From the NCBI GenBank assembly GCA_964016885.1, contig OZ024742.1, forward strand, positions 91,140,001 to 91,204,000: 64,000 nt of DNA, given 5' to 3'. Positions 39,801-52,569 of this stretch are shown piece after piece. Positions within the stretch are counted from its first letter, which is position 1; each line of letters begins with the position of its first letter. This DNA comes from Eledone cirrhosa (taxonomy: Eukaryota). The translations under genes were made by a program, and so were the position numbers. The notes below the pieces were generated by a model, which was given only the letters and a program-made list of their open reading frames with translations, was not told the DNA's origin and made no database searches.

Positions 39801-40291
39801 ATGTATGTATGTATATAGGTAATCTCAGGTTTTGTCACATATCGTATCATACTGGCTCAGTTTGGAAATTACGTGAGGGTTACAGTATCTGTAGCCACTT
39901 ATAGATTAATTCATGAGATGGGTGTTTACCTCATCGAACCGACGGAGGATATATATATATACTTCAATATTTACGTTCACTTTTTACGCAACAACTTATT
40001 CCCAGCTTTTCTTGCTCTCTCATTTTACCGACGCCCTCCCCTACCTCTTTTCTCTACACACCCATCACTTCCCCATCGCACTTTCTTTCACCCTCTTTTC
40101 AGTCGTCACTGTAGTCATCCATCTAAATATGCTAATCGGTTGTGAAAGTTTCATGAGCTAAAAATATGATGTTCTCTTTTGAAATGAATAATAAACTAGT
40201 TAAAGCAGGTTGGTCGTGCGGTGTTTTTCTTTTCGTCATGATTTTTCTATTTCTTTTTTCATAAAGAATTTAACGCACCCTGATAATATAT

Positions 40292-40357
<66 letters not shown>

Positions 40358-40819
40358 TTGTCTCTATGGGTGCGAGCGCGCGCGTATGTTTTGTATGTTT
40401 GTTTATATATGTATATATATAACTTTCTCCACCCAGGGTTTTCATTTATATTTCTTTTCTTAGCTGTTCAATGCAGTATCACATTTCTAAAGAATTATTA
40501 TTTTAGTTTCTTTTCACTTCGTTAGTCATCAATAAAGTGGTTAAAAAATATATACATGAGTATTTTCTCCTGGTTTTATCTTTAAAATATTCTCACCAAG
40601 AGAGAGAGATAGAGGTGAGGGTAAGGGGAGAAAGAGAAAGTGAAAGAGAGCGCGAGGGAGAAAGAGAGAGAGAGAGAGTGAGAAGGGAGAGAGAGAGGGG
40701 AGGAGAGAGAGAGACTGTTTCTAACACAGAAATAAGGCTATTTCATTGGAACTTAAACATAACTAAACAATTATCTATGTACCTGGAGTTGAGGGTTGTT
40801 CTATCTACGGAGTATAAAA

Positions 40820-40962
40820 CAACCCATTTGTAACGCCTACCCCCTATTGGGGATTTATAATTTCATGTTAAAACATTTTTACACGACTGTATGTAAAACC
40901 CCCACCATATGTCTTTGTATTGTCCCCTTTTCTTGTGCGCCCTTGTGGCAAATAAAGAAATA
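40820..40962 (+). mobile_element. 5'-truncated 3' UTR of a Tx1-related element
   Basis: ccccctattgggga...tgtattgtcc...cccttgtgg..aataaagaaat matches 22625-22773. Confidence 0.65.
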
Positions 40963-41149
40963 TATCTATCGGAAGTGGATGTGTGCTTGTATGGAGGTCA
41001 TTGCATGGTTGGATCTGAATGCTTTGAAACATACATGCACATTTGGATATATCTATATCTATATGTCTATGTAATTATTATATGCTGAATGTCTGGAACG
41101 TTTCACTTATTTTTACGGTTGCATTGATGAACTGTACTTGAAATTTCCT

Positions 41150-42235
41150 TTCAACTATGCGCTTTCTGGTTTTGTGAATCCCAGCGTCTCAAGATTTTTG
41201 CTGAGCAGCATATCACAGACACAAATTAAAAGGATGGATTCTTCTCATCGGTGCGACATAATTGTTTTCCTTTTCATTAATCTATAACACCATATTATCA
41301 ACTGCTAGGCAACTGATTTCCATTACTGTGCAGGCCCTCCTTTTTCTCTCCCATATCCTTAAGTCTGATTAGTAATTATGTTAGTATGCCTTCCACTATC
41401 TTGCCATGTTTTTTATATATTTATCTTCAGGACTATCTTTTCTACAATATATAGTTTTATGGGCATTCATAATGTCTATAGGTGACATAGGTTTGCCTCT
41501 GATGTAGTATCTAGATGTTTTGTCTGCATCTTTATCCCTTTGTGTATTAGGTACTTCGTTTGAATTTCTTGTTCCTGGATTGCAAAACGATATCATTCAA
41601 ATTACAAGCCAATATACCAGGTGATGATCCAAGATAGGTTGCTTTAGTTATCTATACTACTCTTAGTAGCTTTCTGATATCGTAGTCATGCATGGCTGTT
41701 TGCTGATAAGCTTACAGCTTTTCATCGACTGATTCGTTTCGAAATTGCTGCGCAACATAACTGGGTGTGTCATTTTGGTCATCATCCAGAGAGCACTTCT
41801 CAAGAAGCTCCTATGGATGGGTTTCTACGTTTGGGTATTAGTAGACGCCGAGGGGGTATGGATGCGACATTTAAAGGTTGATTGGATCGATGTTAAGCCT
41901 CAACCTCCTTGATTACTATTTAAATAGTAGTGAATTCGTGTCACTGTTGATGTAGAAATTTAAAAGCTTTCTGGTTTTAACATCAATGGTTCAGATTTAG
42001 TCTAGCATCCATCTTTTTATTATCAGAGTGTTATGTTCCCTGGTTACTCTTTGCTCACCACATCCAAACTCCTTTCTTCTTAGCTGCCTCCTCATCTGTG
42101 ATGATATTGTTATTGTCACAATGATCTTGGAATAATATGTTTAGACAGGATGTAAACATTATATACATTAAAGTTTTTCAATGAGATATTCTTGTTTTGA
42201 GGGACCAAATCTTGTCTGTCAATATCAAGCCGCTT

Positions 42236-42304
<69 letters not shown>

Positions 42305-42706
42305 GTATATATATATATATATATATACGAGGGCAATCCCAAAAGTAAGGTCTCCTTCCGATATTGCAACTTTTCCATTAAAATCCTGTGGAAACCTCAG
42401 GAACCAAAATGCAGAGAGCATCCAGAGTGATCAGCCGATCTTTACGCATGTTTTCCTCGGAAGGAGACCTTACTTTTGGGATTGCTCTTTATATAATAAC
42501 TGCGCGAAATTCGCACTTGGCGGTAATTTTCAACGAGAGCTCCATTCTCAACGGCTGCCAAGCCAAGATTGAGCATCCCAACGAAGGGCGCGCATGCTTG
42601 TTTGGGAGTGAAGGAAGCATCTATCACAACAGTGTTGCCAACAGCCATACGAACAGTTTCTATGCGTCCCCATCGCTTTGGAGACCTTACTTTTGGGATT
42701 ACCCTC

Positions 42707-42793
<87 letters not shown>

Positions 42794-42968
42794 GAACACT
42801 GGAAGGTAATATCCGTAGTGGTAGAGCACTCAGTCCATGGGCCACGTTTGGTAAAGTAGTAACACAACAATTAGTTCACCATACCGAGAATTGTCTCCCG
42901 TTATGCGGATCTTCAGCTCGGACTAGTAATGGTTATATGGAACAGGAAGAACAACCGTATACTAACTG

Positions 42969-43031
<63 letters not shown>

Positions 43032-43760
43032 CAACGAGAGCTTGTTGATAGAGATTGATAAAATACCTCTGATAGAAAGTTAATTTCTTGTAACAGCAGC
43101 TAACAATTAAGTTCTTTGTGAGTGCTTTCTTATCCTGAGGTTTTAGTCTATCTCAGTTTCTATGGAATCTCCATTGATACTTTTTGATTTTGTTGTAATG
43201 CAAGGACAATAGTTCCTTCAGATTTCTTTCACCTACACTGCATTTAAAATCCTTTTGCTCAACCCATATCTTCTCCAAAATGAAGCCCTGTCTTTCAGGA
43301 GCTGAGACTGACAATTACTGACTGTTCTCACATATCTCTATTTCTTATTAATTATTTTCCTTTCAGCTACTATCTTCTGATACCGAGTTTTCTTACTAAC
43401 AGGTCTTGACTTCTGTTTCAAAGCGATCAACTTGAAGTCAAAATTCTCGATTTTATTTTTCACTCTTTGTTAGTGCTGAGTATAATCTTGCTTTTGTCAG
43501 TATGTGATAAGCATCGCCACATGACAATTAATTTTTCGTAGATCAACTTTCTCTTTTCTTCAATTTTATTAATGCAGGCTCGTACATGTTGTGTTCTTTT
43601 GTCTCTTTGTATAACCGTAGTATCACAAAGATAATGCTTTATAGTTGTTGCTAGGCCTTATAGACAAACGCTAATTTGCCAAAATGTTGGGGCATTAATC
43701 TGTTGTAAATATTCACCTTCCATTTCGTTGATAGTGGGGAGCATATCTTTATTCGCTCTT
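41150..43760 (-). mobile_element. Old degenerate RLE-type element interrupted by a MITE
   Basis: 41170-41370 resembles 39070-39310 (cccagcgtctcaagattt...ctctcccatatc); more upstream parts only weakly recognisable. Confidence 0.35.
42326..42709. mobile_element. Tc1/mariner-type MITE with 30-bp TIRs, inserted in (TA)n
   Basis: tacgagggcaatcccaaaagtaaggtctcc / ggagaccttacttttgggattaccctcgta; extra inverted left-end copy at 42458-42492. Confidence 0.88.
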
Positions 43761-43939
43761 TTATTTAATATCGCCAGATACTTTCTCTGGTTTAGCAGCA
43801 GTTTTAAACATAAATTAATATTTTTGAAATGTTTCACTGAGGATACATTTCACTAGTTTGTACTCTTCACTTTGTACTGCCAACTAATATCACTGTTATT
43901 GTCGTTGACGGCATTGTGTTTCTGATGGTCACCAATCGG

Positions 43940-44160
43940 AGTAAAGTCTGTTGTAATAGGTGTTGTCAAATTTGTTGCCAGAAAATCTTGCAACAGATTG
44001 TCTCCATCTCAATGAAAAGGGAAAATTGTGGATGGAGGCGTGTAATAAAATACAGGGTTCTGTTGACCAACAAATCCATCCAAGAAACGGCAAAGAGGAA
44101 GATGATGTACTTTTGTTTAAAAAGAAAATTCAAGGGGCGCTTCCATATGACTTTAAATGA
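43940..44160 (+). pseudogene. Possible SGNH-esterase-type LINE ORF1 fragment
   Basis: LATDCLHLNEKG resembles the D.LHLN..G block V of retroelement ORF1 esterases; single motif only. Confidence 0.3.
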
Positions 44161-44689
44161 AGCGTCTGATTACATCCTGGTCGATGTGTAACAAATGTTG
44201 TGCTCTATTGAAATAGAAAATAGGGATGCCTGTTTGTTTTTTAAACTGAAGATGAGGTGAGGAGACATGTAGAATTGGTACGCCATGAGCCTGTTCACAG
44301 GATGGTGTTAAGAAACTTGGGACTTAGAAACACCAAGATTACATTAAGAGATATTACCACAGATATCTATACATACCTTGCCACGGTTGCGAGGGGATCT
44401 GCAATGATATGTAATCAAGTGGGGTCTGTATTGATATAGAAGTCCTAATGACGGTAAATCCCACTAGTTGTACAGGGCTGGAGACTGAGCTGCTGCATGT
44501 ATCTTAATAAAGACCATTTAAGGCTTCTTCGAAAAATGTAAATGAAAACTTATTCGTTTTAGTTACAGAAAAATATAATTTTTTTATTTCAGTAATGACT
44601 TCTGCAATCCATCCATACACACATACATAAATTCACGCATCCATACATATATACATGCATGCATACATACATGTTGGCTGCCAACTCGT

Positions 44690-44815
44690 ACGGCCACTAC
44701 TTTATATCCATGTAGGAGAACCCCTACCGATGCGCTGAACGAGTGTGACTTTTTAGTCCAGCCAACGACTTGAAAACTCCGGTACAAACACTACACTTGT
44801 GACAATTATTGACAC
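44690..44815 (-). mobile_element. RTE-type C-terminal C2H2 zinc finger and 3' end with (TATG)n tail
   Basis: HKCSVCTGVFKSLAGLKSHTRSAHR followed by stop. Confidence 0.6.
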
Positions 44816-44954
44816 AGTATATCATACATACATACATACATACATACATACATACATACATACATACATACATACACACACATATACATACATACATACA
44901 TACATACATACATACATACATACATACATACATACATACATACATACATACATA

Positions 44955-45847
<893 letters not shown>

Positions 45848-45907
45848 TTATCGAGTATGGCCATTGCACGATATACCATTATTAATCATTATTAATTAAT
45901 TCTATCA

Positions 45908-46097
45908 GGGCGGTGGATTGGCAGTATCGGTGGAGGGTCTGACGCCATGCTTTCCAGCATAGTTACGTCCCTTTACGATCTGAGTTCAAATCCCGCCGAG
46001 GTTGACTTTGCCTTTCATCCTTACGGGGTCGATAAAATAAAGTACCAGTAATGCACTGGGTAATTGCTGGCCTTGTGCCTAAAGTAGAAACAATTAT
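45908..46097 (+). mobile_element. Young SINE with ~18-bp TSD ttattaattaattctatc
   Basis: Consensus match; B-box-like gagttcaaatccc; TSD both sides. Confidence 0.93.
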
Positions 46098-47171
46098 TAA
46101 TTAATTCTATCGTGCAATGCCTGTGCGTGAAGATATATTTTAAAGTGACGAAAGACTGTACCCTGAGCCAATCCCACTCTCTGAGCGACAGTAGCTATAA
46201 CCCGAGAAGAAGAAAAGATCAACATCATCGGTAACTACTGAGCCGCAGGTTTTATATCGGAGTTATCCCAGTTTCCTGAGTTGCCTTCTCCTAGAAGAAT
46301 GCCCTGATTTAACCGGGCGGTACATATCTATATACATATTTACACAATTTCGGATGGCCGTTGACTCTTGAGTTCTCCCGCCCTTTGTCAGGTTTTGTTT
46401 TTTGTCCTGCAGTGAGTCCAAAATCACCCCCCTCGCCAAGTAAACTTTGTGGGGTTGCCAGTTTTGTCGCCGACGACCCGACCATGCGACAGGTTGTACT
46501 GGGTTACATGTTACCAGTAGCACTCAAGAGTGACCCGACATACATACATACATACATACATACATACATACATACATACATACATACACACATACACACA
46601 TACATACATACATACATACATACATACATACATACATACATACATACATACATACATACATTTGTTCTTGAGTCATCACTCCATCGAAGGTGAAGCATTT
46701 ATTTTGCTTTTTCTAATAGCTAGAATATATGCGGCTCGCCACATTTACAAACTCATAGACTCCTCTGTTAATCGGCGAAGCCACTGGTGTTCAGGACACC
46801 GAGATCTTCTAAGTAAATTGATAATCATCGCATGAGCTACTGCTTACTATGAGACAAGTAGGATTTTATTGAGGCTTTCTCTGCTAGACTATCTTATGAT
46901 AGCCCTATAAAAAGCACCTCATGTAGGATGTAGCTTTTCACACCACAGCTCGGTTTTCTAAATGAGAGAGGCTACGTACTCAGCTTAAATGAACATATAT
47001 TTCGCGTCATCTGTTCGCTGAGCAGCATAATGTGCAGACACTCGGACACACGGGGACGCCACAAAAACATGTAGTACCAACTAGTGAAATCTACTACAGC
47101 TCTGCACACACTTAAATTATATATATATATACACATATTTACACACTCACACGATATATACATATATACAC

Positions 47172-47338
47172 ACTATTGTATTTTATCTGATATAATAGAA
47201 TAAATATGGTTTTATAAATATTGTTTCCATTTATTTAATATCATTGAATATTTACGCCAGAAAACTGTCGAGTGCTCTGAATCAGTTATAAACATTTATA
47301 TTTGTTGTATTTCCAACAAATTAAATATCCCTTCTACT
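47172..47338 (+). mobile_element. PLE 3' end of the 59460-59670 family with the HHR body deleted
   Basis: ttttatctgat joined to ataatagaataaatatggttttataaata...ccagaaaactgtcgagtgct...ccaacaaattaaatat. Confidence 0.75.
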
Positions 47339-47379
<41 letters not shown>

Positions 47380-47769
47380 ATGTGAAGACTAAAGTTCAAA
47401 GAGGGCTCGATAAGGATAATTATATATTAAATATATAAGAACCCTAGAGCAAATATTTATTAAAATAACAGATTAAAGTTTAAGCAAAGAATCGCTGCTT
47501 TCACCCTTAACGGGATCTTCTGAAACTAAAAAAAATCAATCTGTGAACGCACAAGTAAATATTTCGAAAAACGTTGCAACCGAAGGAAAACAGGAAGACG
47601 ATACTTTGGTTCGTGAAGACGTTCTCTGGCAATGAACGGAAAAAAGTGGAGATAATACGTCATTATGTGGAGCGATGAGAACAATTACACGCAAAGATAA
47701 AACCACGCTTATGGTATAAATAGTCGTTAGACTAATATTATCTTCGCTTCTTTCCGTTCATTTACAAAC

Positions 47770-49993
47770 AACGCAGTGCTCATCCACAATGTAAAGGTGA
47801 CACCAACGATTTTCCCGGATCATAACTTAGTAGAACTAATGATATGTTATCCGAGAGAATCAACAGAGACACAACCATCAAGAGGCACTGGGAACTTATC
47901 CAGCCTTAACTTCTACAAGGCTAACTGGAAAAAGATCAAGGGAGAAATCCGGAAGCAAATATGGAGCGACAACATCGCCACACAAGACACCAACACACAT
48001 TTTCAACACCTCATGACAACGATACAAACTATATGCCAAAAGTTTGTCCCGGAGAAAAAGGCCAACAGACACAAAAATCTTATTCCCAGAGATAGGAAAA
48101 TCCTTATGAGACAAGAAGGAATCCTATTTGAAACGGATCACTACTTGACATCGGATTGCACTCAAACTTTCCCATGAAAATGAGAGGGCAAAGAAAGAAA
48201 GCGGGGCCATAGAAAATATTAAAACAAACCCTAAGGGCTTCTTTAAATTTTCAAAAGAGACTGCCTCGGTACACTGCAAGATTGGGCCACTCTTCCATAA
48301 AGACAGTTCATTAACCGAGAATCCCCAAGAGATAAGTGAAATACTGAACGAACAGTACAAAAGTGTGTTCACATATCCACTGAGGCACATGCAGATAAAA
48401 AAATCCAGAGGATTTCTTTGATGCCACAACACTCCACGAAGAAATGGCGACCATCAACCACATAGACATAACGGGGAGGATGTGGTATACGCCATAGAGG
48501 AAATTATAACAGAAATTAGAACAGCTGCTGGACCTGATGGATTCCCAGCAGTCCTCTTAAAAACATGTAAGCGGGCCTTAGCAACTCCACTGACGACGCT
48601 CTTCAGAAGCTCCTTGGCTAACGGTAGACTATCCAGGGAGCTGAAAGAAGGCTATCCATATGCCCTATCCATAAAGGAGGTAGCAGAGCGGAGGCCAAAA
48701 ATTATAGGCCAGTCTCCCTGGCGTCACATTTCAGTAAGGTCATGGAGCGAATCATCAGAAAGAAACTGATCACTTTCCTCGAGGAAAATGACCGCCTGAC
48801 TAGCACGCATCATGGCTTTCGCCCGGGAAGGAGCTGCCTTACACAGCTGCTGTATAACTACGACTAAGTACTGAAACAACTGCTAAACAGCGCACATATG
48901 GACGTGATATATCTTGACTTTGTTTGGTGGCTCTCTCTGTTTTTGGTGGCTCTCTCAGACATGCCATCTGTAGTACATAAAACATCCCACTAGCTATGGT
49001 GATAAAACTAAGGTAGCACAGGCAATCAAAAACCCGGCTGACGCTGCCCTTTTACAACAAGATCTGGATGCCATATACAAATGGGTGGAAGACAACAACA
49101 TGCAGTTTAAGGTTGGCAAATTTCAAGCCCTACAATACAAACCTGCAAACACAAATACAGTACAACACAGTTACACTGGATCAGTAGGGACCGAAATTCC
49201 TGTGTCGAAATAGATACGAGACCTGGGTATAGACATGAGCGACGATGCATCTTTTTCCTCACACAGCATGAAAGTGGCGACAATGTGCAGACGACTCGCT
49301 GGCTGGAACTCGAGGAATTTCCGGAAAAGAGACCGAGACACCATATTGACACTATGGACGAGACGACATTTGTCCTAAGCCGCTTGGACTATTGCTCCCA
49401 GCTGTGGTCACCCCATAGTGTCAAACTAACCACGGAGCTTGAGGCAATCCAGCGAAGCTACACCATGAGGATTGCGACGATGAAGGAGATAAACTACTGG
49501 GAGAGGCTAAAAGAACTGAACCTCTACTCCTTGGAACGAGAACGAGAGAGATACGCAGTGTTATACATCTGGAAAATCCTGGAGGGACTAACACCAAACT
49601 TTGGCATTGGGAGCTGGACCAACTCCCGAACAATACGTCACTGTGTGATGCCAAAGGTTCCGTCTTCCACATCTAGAATAAGGAGCAGATATTGCAATAG
49701 CCTGGGGTTCAAAAGCCCTCAACTCTTCAACAAGCTACCGAGGGATCTGAGAGTTCTGCATGGTGGGGACGTGGATGTTTTCAAGAAACATCTCGACACC
49801 TTGCTATCCAGAATCCCGGATGAGCCCACAGCAAAGCACGAGGGAAACCTAAGGGAAGCAGCAATAAACTCCCTCTTTCACCAGTGGCCAACCAATACAG
49901 GCTGGAGATAAAATAAGTAGCAACAAGGGCGGTGCCCCAGCATGACCTCGGCCGGATGGCTGGAACTCGTAAAAGAGTAAAAGAGTAAAATAG

Positions 49994-49997
<4 letters not shown>
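47770..49997 (+). pseudogene. CR1-clade LINE ORF2 (end of APE, RT with internal deletions, C-terminus) with (TAAAAGAG)n tail
   Basis: PDHNLV, NFYKANW, IKTNPKGFF, AAGPDGFPAVLLK, NYRPVSL, HGFRPGRSCLTQLL, DVIYLDF, SRLDYCSQLWSP, YWERLKELNLYSLER. Confidence 0.9.
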
Positions 49998-50055
<58 letters not shown>

Positions 50056-50125
50056 CGTTCTGCAAGCTTCTACAATGCAAATGGATAAATCTCCGTATCC
50101 GGGTGGCAGGGGCAAGGGAATAAGG

Positions 50126-50167
<42 letters not shown>

Positions 50168-50277
50168 ATGCATAATGTATATATATATACATATACATGC
50201 ATATATATATATATACTACATATATATATGTACATGCATATATATATATACATATATATACTACATACATATATACA

Positions 50278-50323
<46 letters not shown>

Positions 50324-50502
50324 AAATTTAGTACAGCATCACCGAAGCTATGGTTGCAGCCAAGCTAACGAATGCAATCTCGGTGTGCAACTAAGCACTC
50401 AATAGGGTATATTACCCTAGAGTAATAACATTACGTTTAGACAGCTTTGCAAATTGAAGCCAGCGACCGATAGACGGGCCGCAGTGACCATAGCGATATA
50501 TA

Positions 50503-50564
<62 letters not shown>

Positions 50565-50701
50565 TGTCAGAATTAGCCGTCGAAACGGCTTGAGCTCAGC
50601 CGTCGGGGTCTTACTTGTTCCTATTACCCACTCTACTACCCTAAGTATTGAGTACTTTGGTGCGTTATGGTCCACCTCGTTCCTTACCACATTTCCTTCG
50701 T

Positions 50702-50773
<72 letters not shown>

Positions 50774-50774
50774 C

Positions 50775-51420
50775 ATATCACGATAAATTACCGGAGCCAT
50801 AGACTATCGCTATTCCCTGTCAATAATGAGCTCAAAGGAAAAGGAATCCTGAGCTCTTTAAAATACAATATGTTGAAAAGGTGACACACTAGAGAGAGAG
50901 ATAGTGCGCCATCAATAAAACAGGGAAAACCACCAGTGTATGGAATCTATATCTATGGAAGGCAGAGTAGACACACAATAATTAAAAATATAAATTAAAA
51001 TGTATATACGCACCTCTATAACTATATAACACACACGTACAAATCGAAAGAGATCTCTTTCGCCAGTAAGTTGTTGACTGAAATGCAATAGCCTAGGGTG
51101 CATCAGCGCGTGCAAGACAACTCTAAGACAACTCTAAGAGAATCTAAAGCTACCGTCCAGCTACACGCGGCAGAGAGATGTCACAGCGTCTTTAGGGCAG
51201 TGAACCAGTGGTATCTGAGGGACGAGCTGCTAGAAAGGGCAGCCGAAAAAACCACTCAAAGAAGTGTGCTCAACCAAACAGAGAGAGTAGAAAGACTGTT
51301 ATAAGGAGCGAAATATCACGATAAATTAACGAAGCCATAGACTCCCGTTATTCCCTGTCAATAATGTGCTCAAAGGAAAAGGAATCCTGAGCTCTTTAAA
51401 ATACAATATATTGAAAAGGT
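50775..51420. repeat. Two ~105-bp direct repeats (offset ~539), pLTR-like
   Basis: atatcacgataaatta...ttccctgtcaataatg.gctcaaaggaaaaggaatcctgagctc...gaaaaggt. Confidence 0.85.
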
Positions 51421-52281
51421 ATAAACAAACGAGACAACAACACACACATAATGGCATTCGAACGATTGTTATTGTGTGTTTAGCGCCCCCACCATCCACC
51501 GACCAACAAGCGACCAGGCAGACTACTACTATACTACTATACTACACTGCTAGTACCAAAGACCAGTACGTATAGGTAGTACAATGGATTGACAGCTAGC
51601 GCCATCCCACTCCCACAATAAAAAGAACTGCTTCGACCTTTGCTTGACCGCACCAATTCCGCGCGCACGTGCGTTCTACAGAATACCTCAGTTACACACA
51701 AACAGCGGACAGAAGAGGCCACGTACCGTTCCTCTCCGACAGATAACCCCCCCCCCCCTCCTCAGGAAAAACACCCAGTTGATGGATGCGAATCCGAAAT
51801 ATAGGAACAATTAAATCTCACCCAAGGTAACTCTATCTCGTGTTATTATATTTATTTTTACGCTCTTTCCTACGTTCCTCTATACACTATACATCTCATT
51901 CTACATTCCCTTACATCTCTCTCTTCACCACCGGATTCTGTTACCCGGAGATTTACCCATCTGCATTGTTGAGGCTTCCAAAACGTCAAAAAAAAAATGT
52001 ATATATATGTTTATACATATATGTAAATGTATATAACGGCGATGAATTAGTTTTGCGAGGTTTTTTATATGAAATCGTGTGTCGAAACAGATATTGTCAT
52101 ATTTGTGTAATATTGCCAGAATTAATAACAGAACACACTCACTGTTTGGTTGGTTTTCGCTTCTCGCTTCTGTGTCTTTTATATCGGTAATTTAACTTAC
52201 TCGGTCCTCAATGTTGCCATTGACTGACCGACAGTCAAAAATAATACAGATACAATATAGACACAAACACATATATAGTTT

Positions 52282-52323
52282 ATCATAAATCTTTCGTTGC
52301 ACATGTGCAACATCGTCAGTGGT
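52282..52323 (-). ncRNA. Minimal hammerhead ribozyme in the 3' pLTR of the minus-strand PLE
   Basis: acca-CTGACGA-t-gttgcac(at)gtgcaac-GAAA-gatt-TA-tgat. Confidence 0.8.
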
Positions 52324-52569
52324 GCTATCGTTTCCTCCCGTTGCATTGTATGTCTACGCCATTTTTATTCAGTCTCTCTATATATTTATTTATTTGCTTG
52401 TTTGTTTATTTTATTTTGTCTTCTTTGCGCATGCGGTTGCGTGTGTGTATAGTGTTTTGTTTGATGTGTGATGGATGACAAGTGTGTTTTTATGTGCTTG
52501 TTGTTATTGTGCTTGTGTATGTATTTATTTATTTATTTATTTATTTATTTTATTTTATTTACTTATTTA

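Noticed and set aside
44724-44815. Host C2H2 zinc-finger exon
   Set aside because: Single finger followed by a stop and a (TATG)n tail, typical of an RTE C-terminus
45908-45995. tRNA gene
   Set aside because: A/B boxes belong to a SINE head followed by the Meta-type body, with TSDs
51044-51110. CTGATGC...GAAA-gagatctc-TT on the minus strand
   Set aside because: A9 altered and stem II not evident; at best a decayed remnant, not counted
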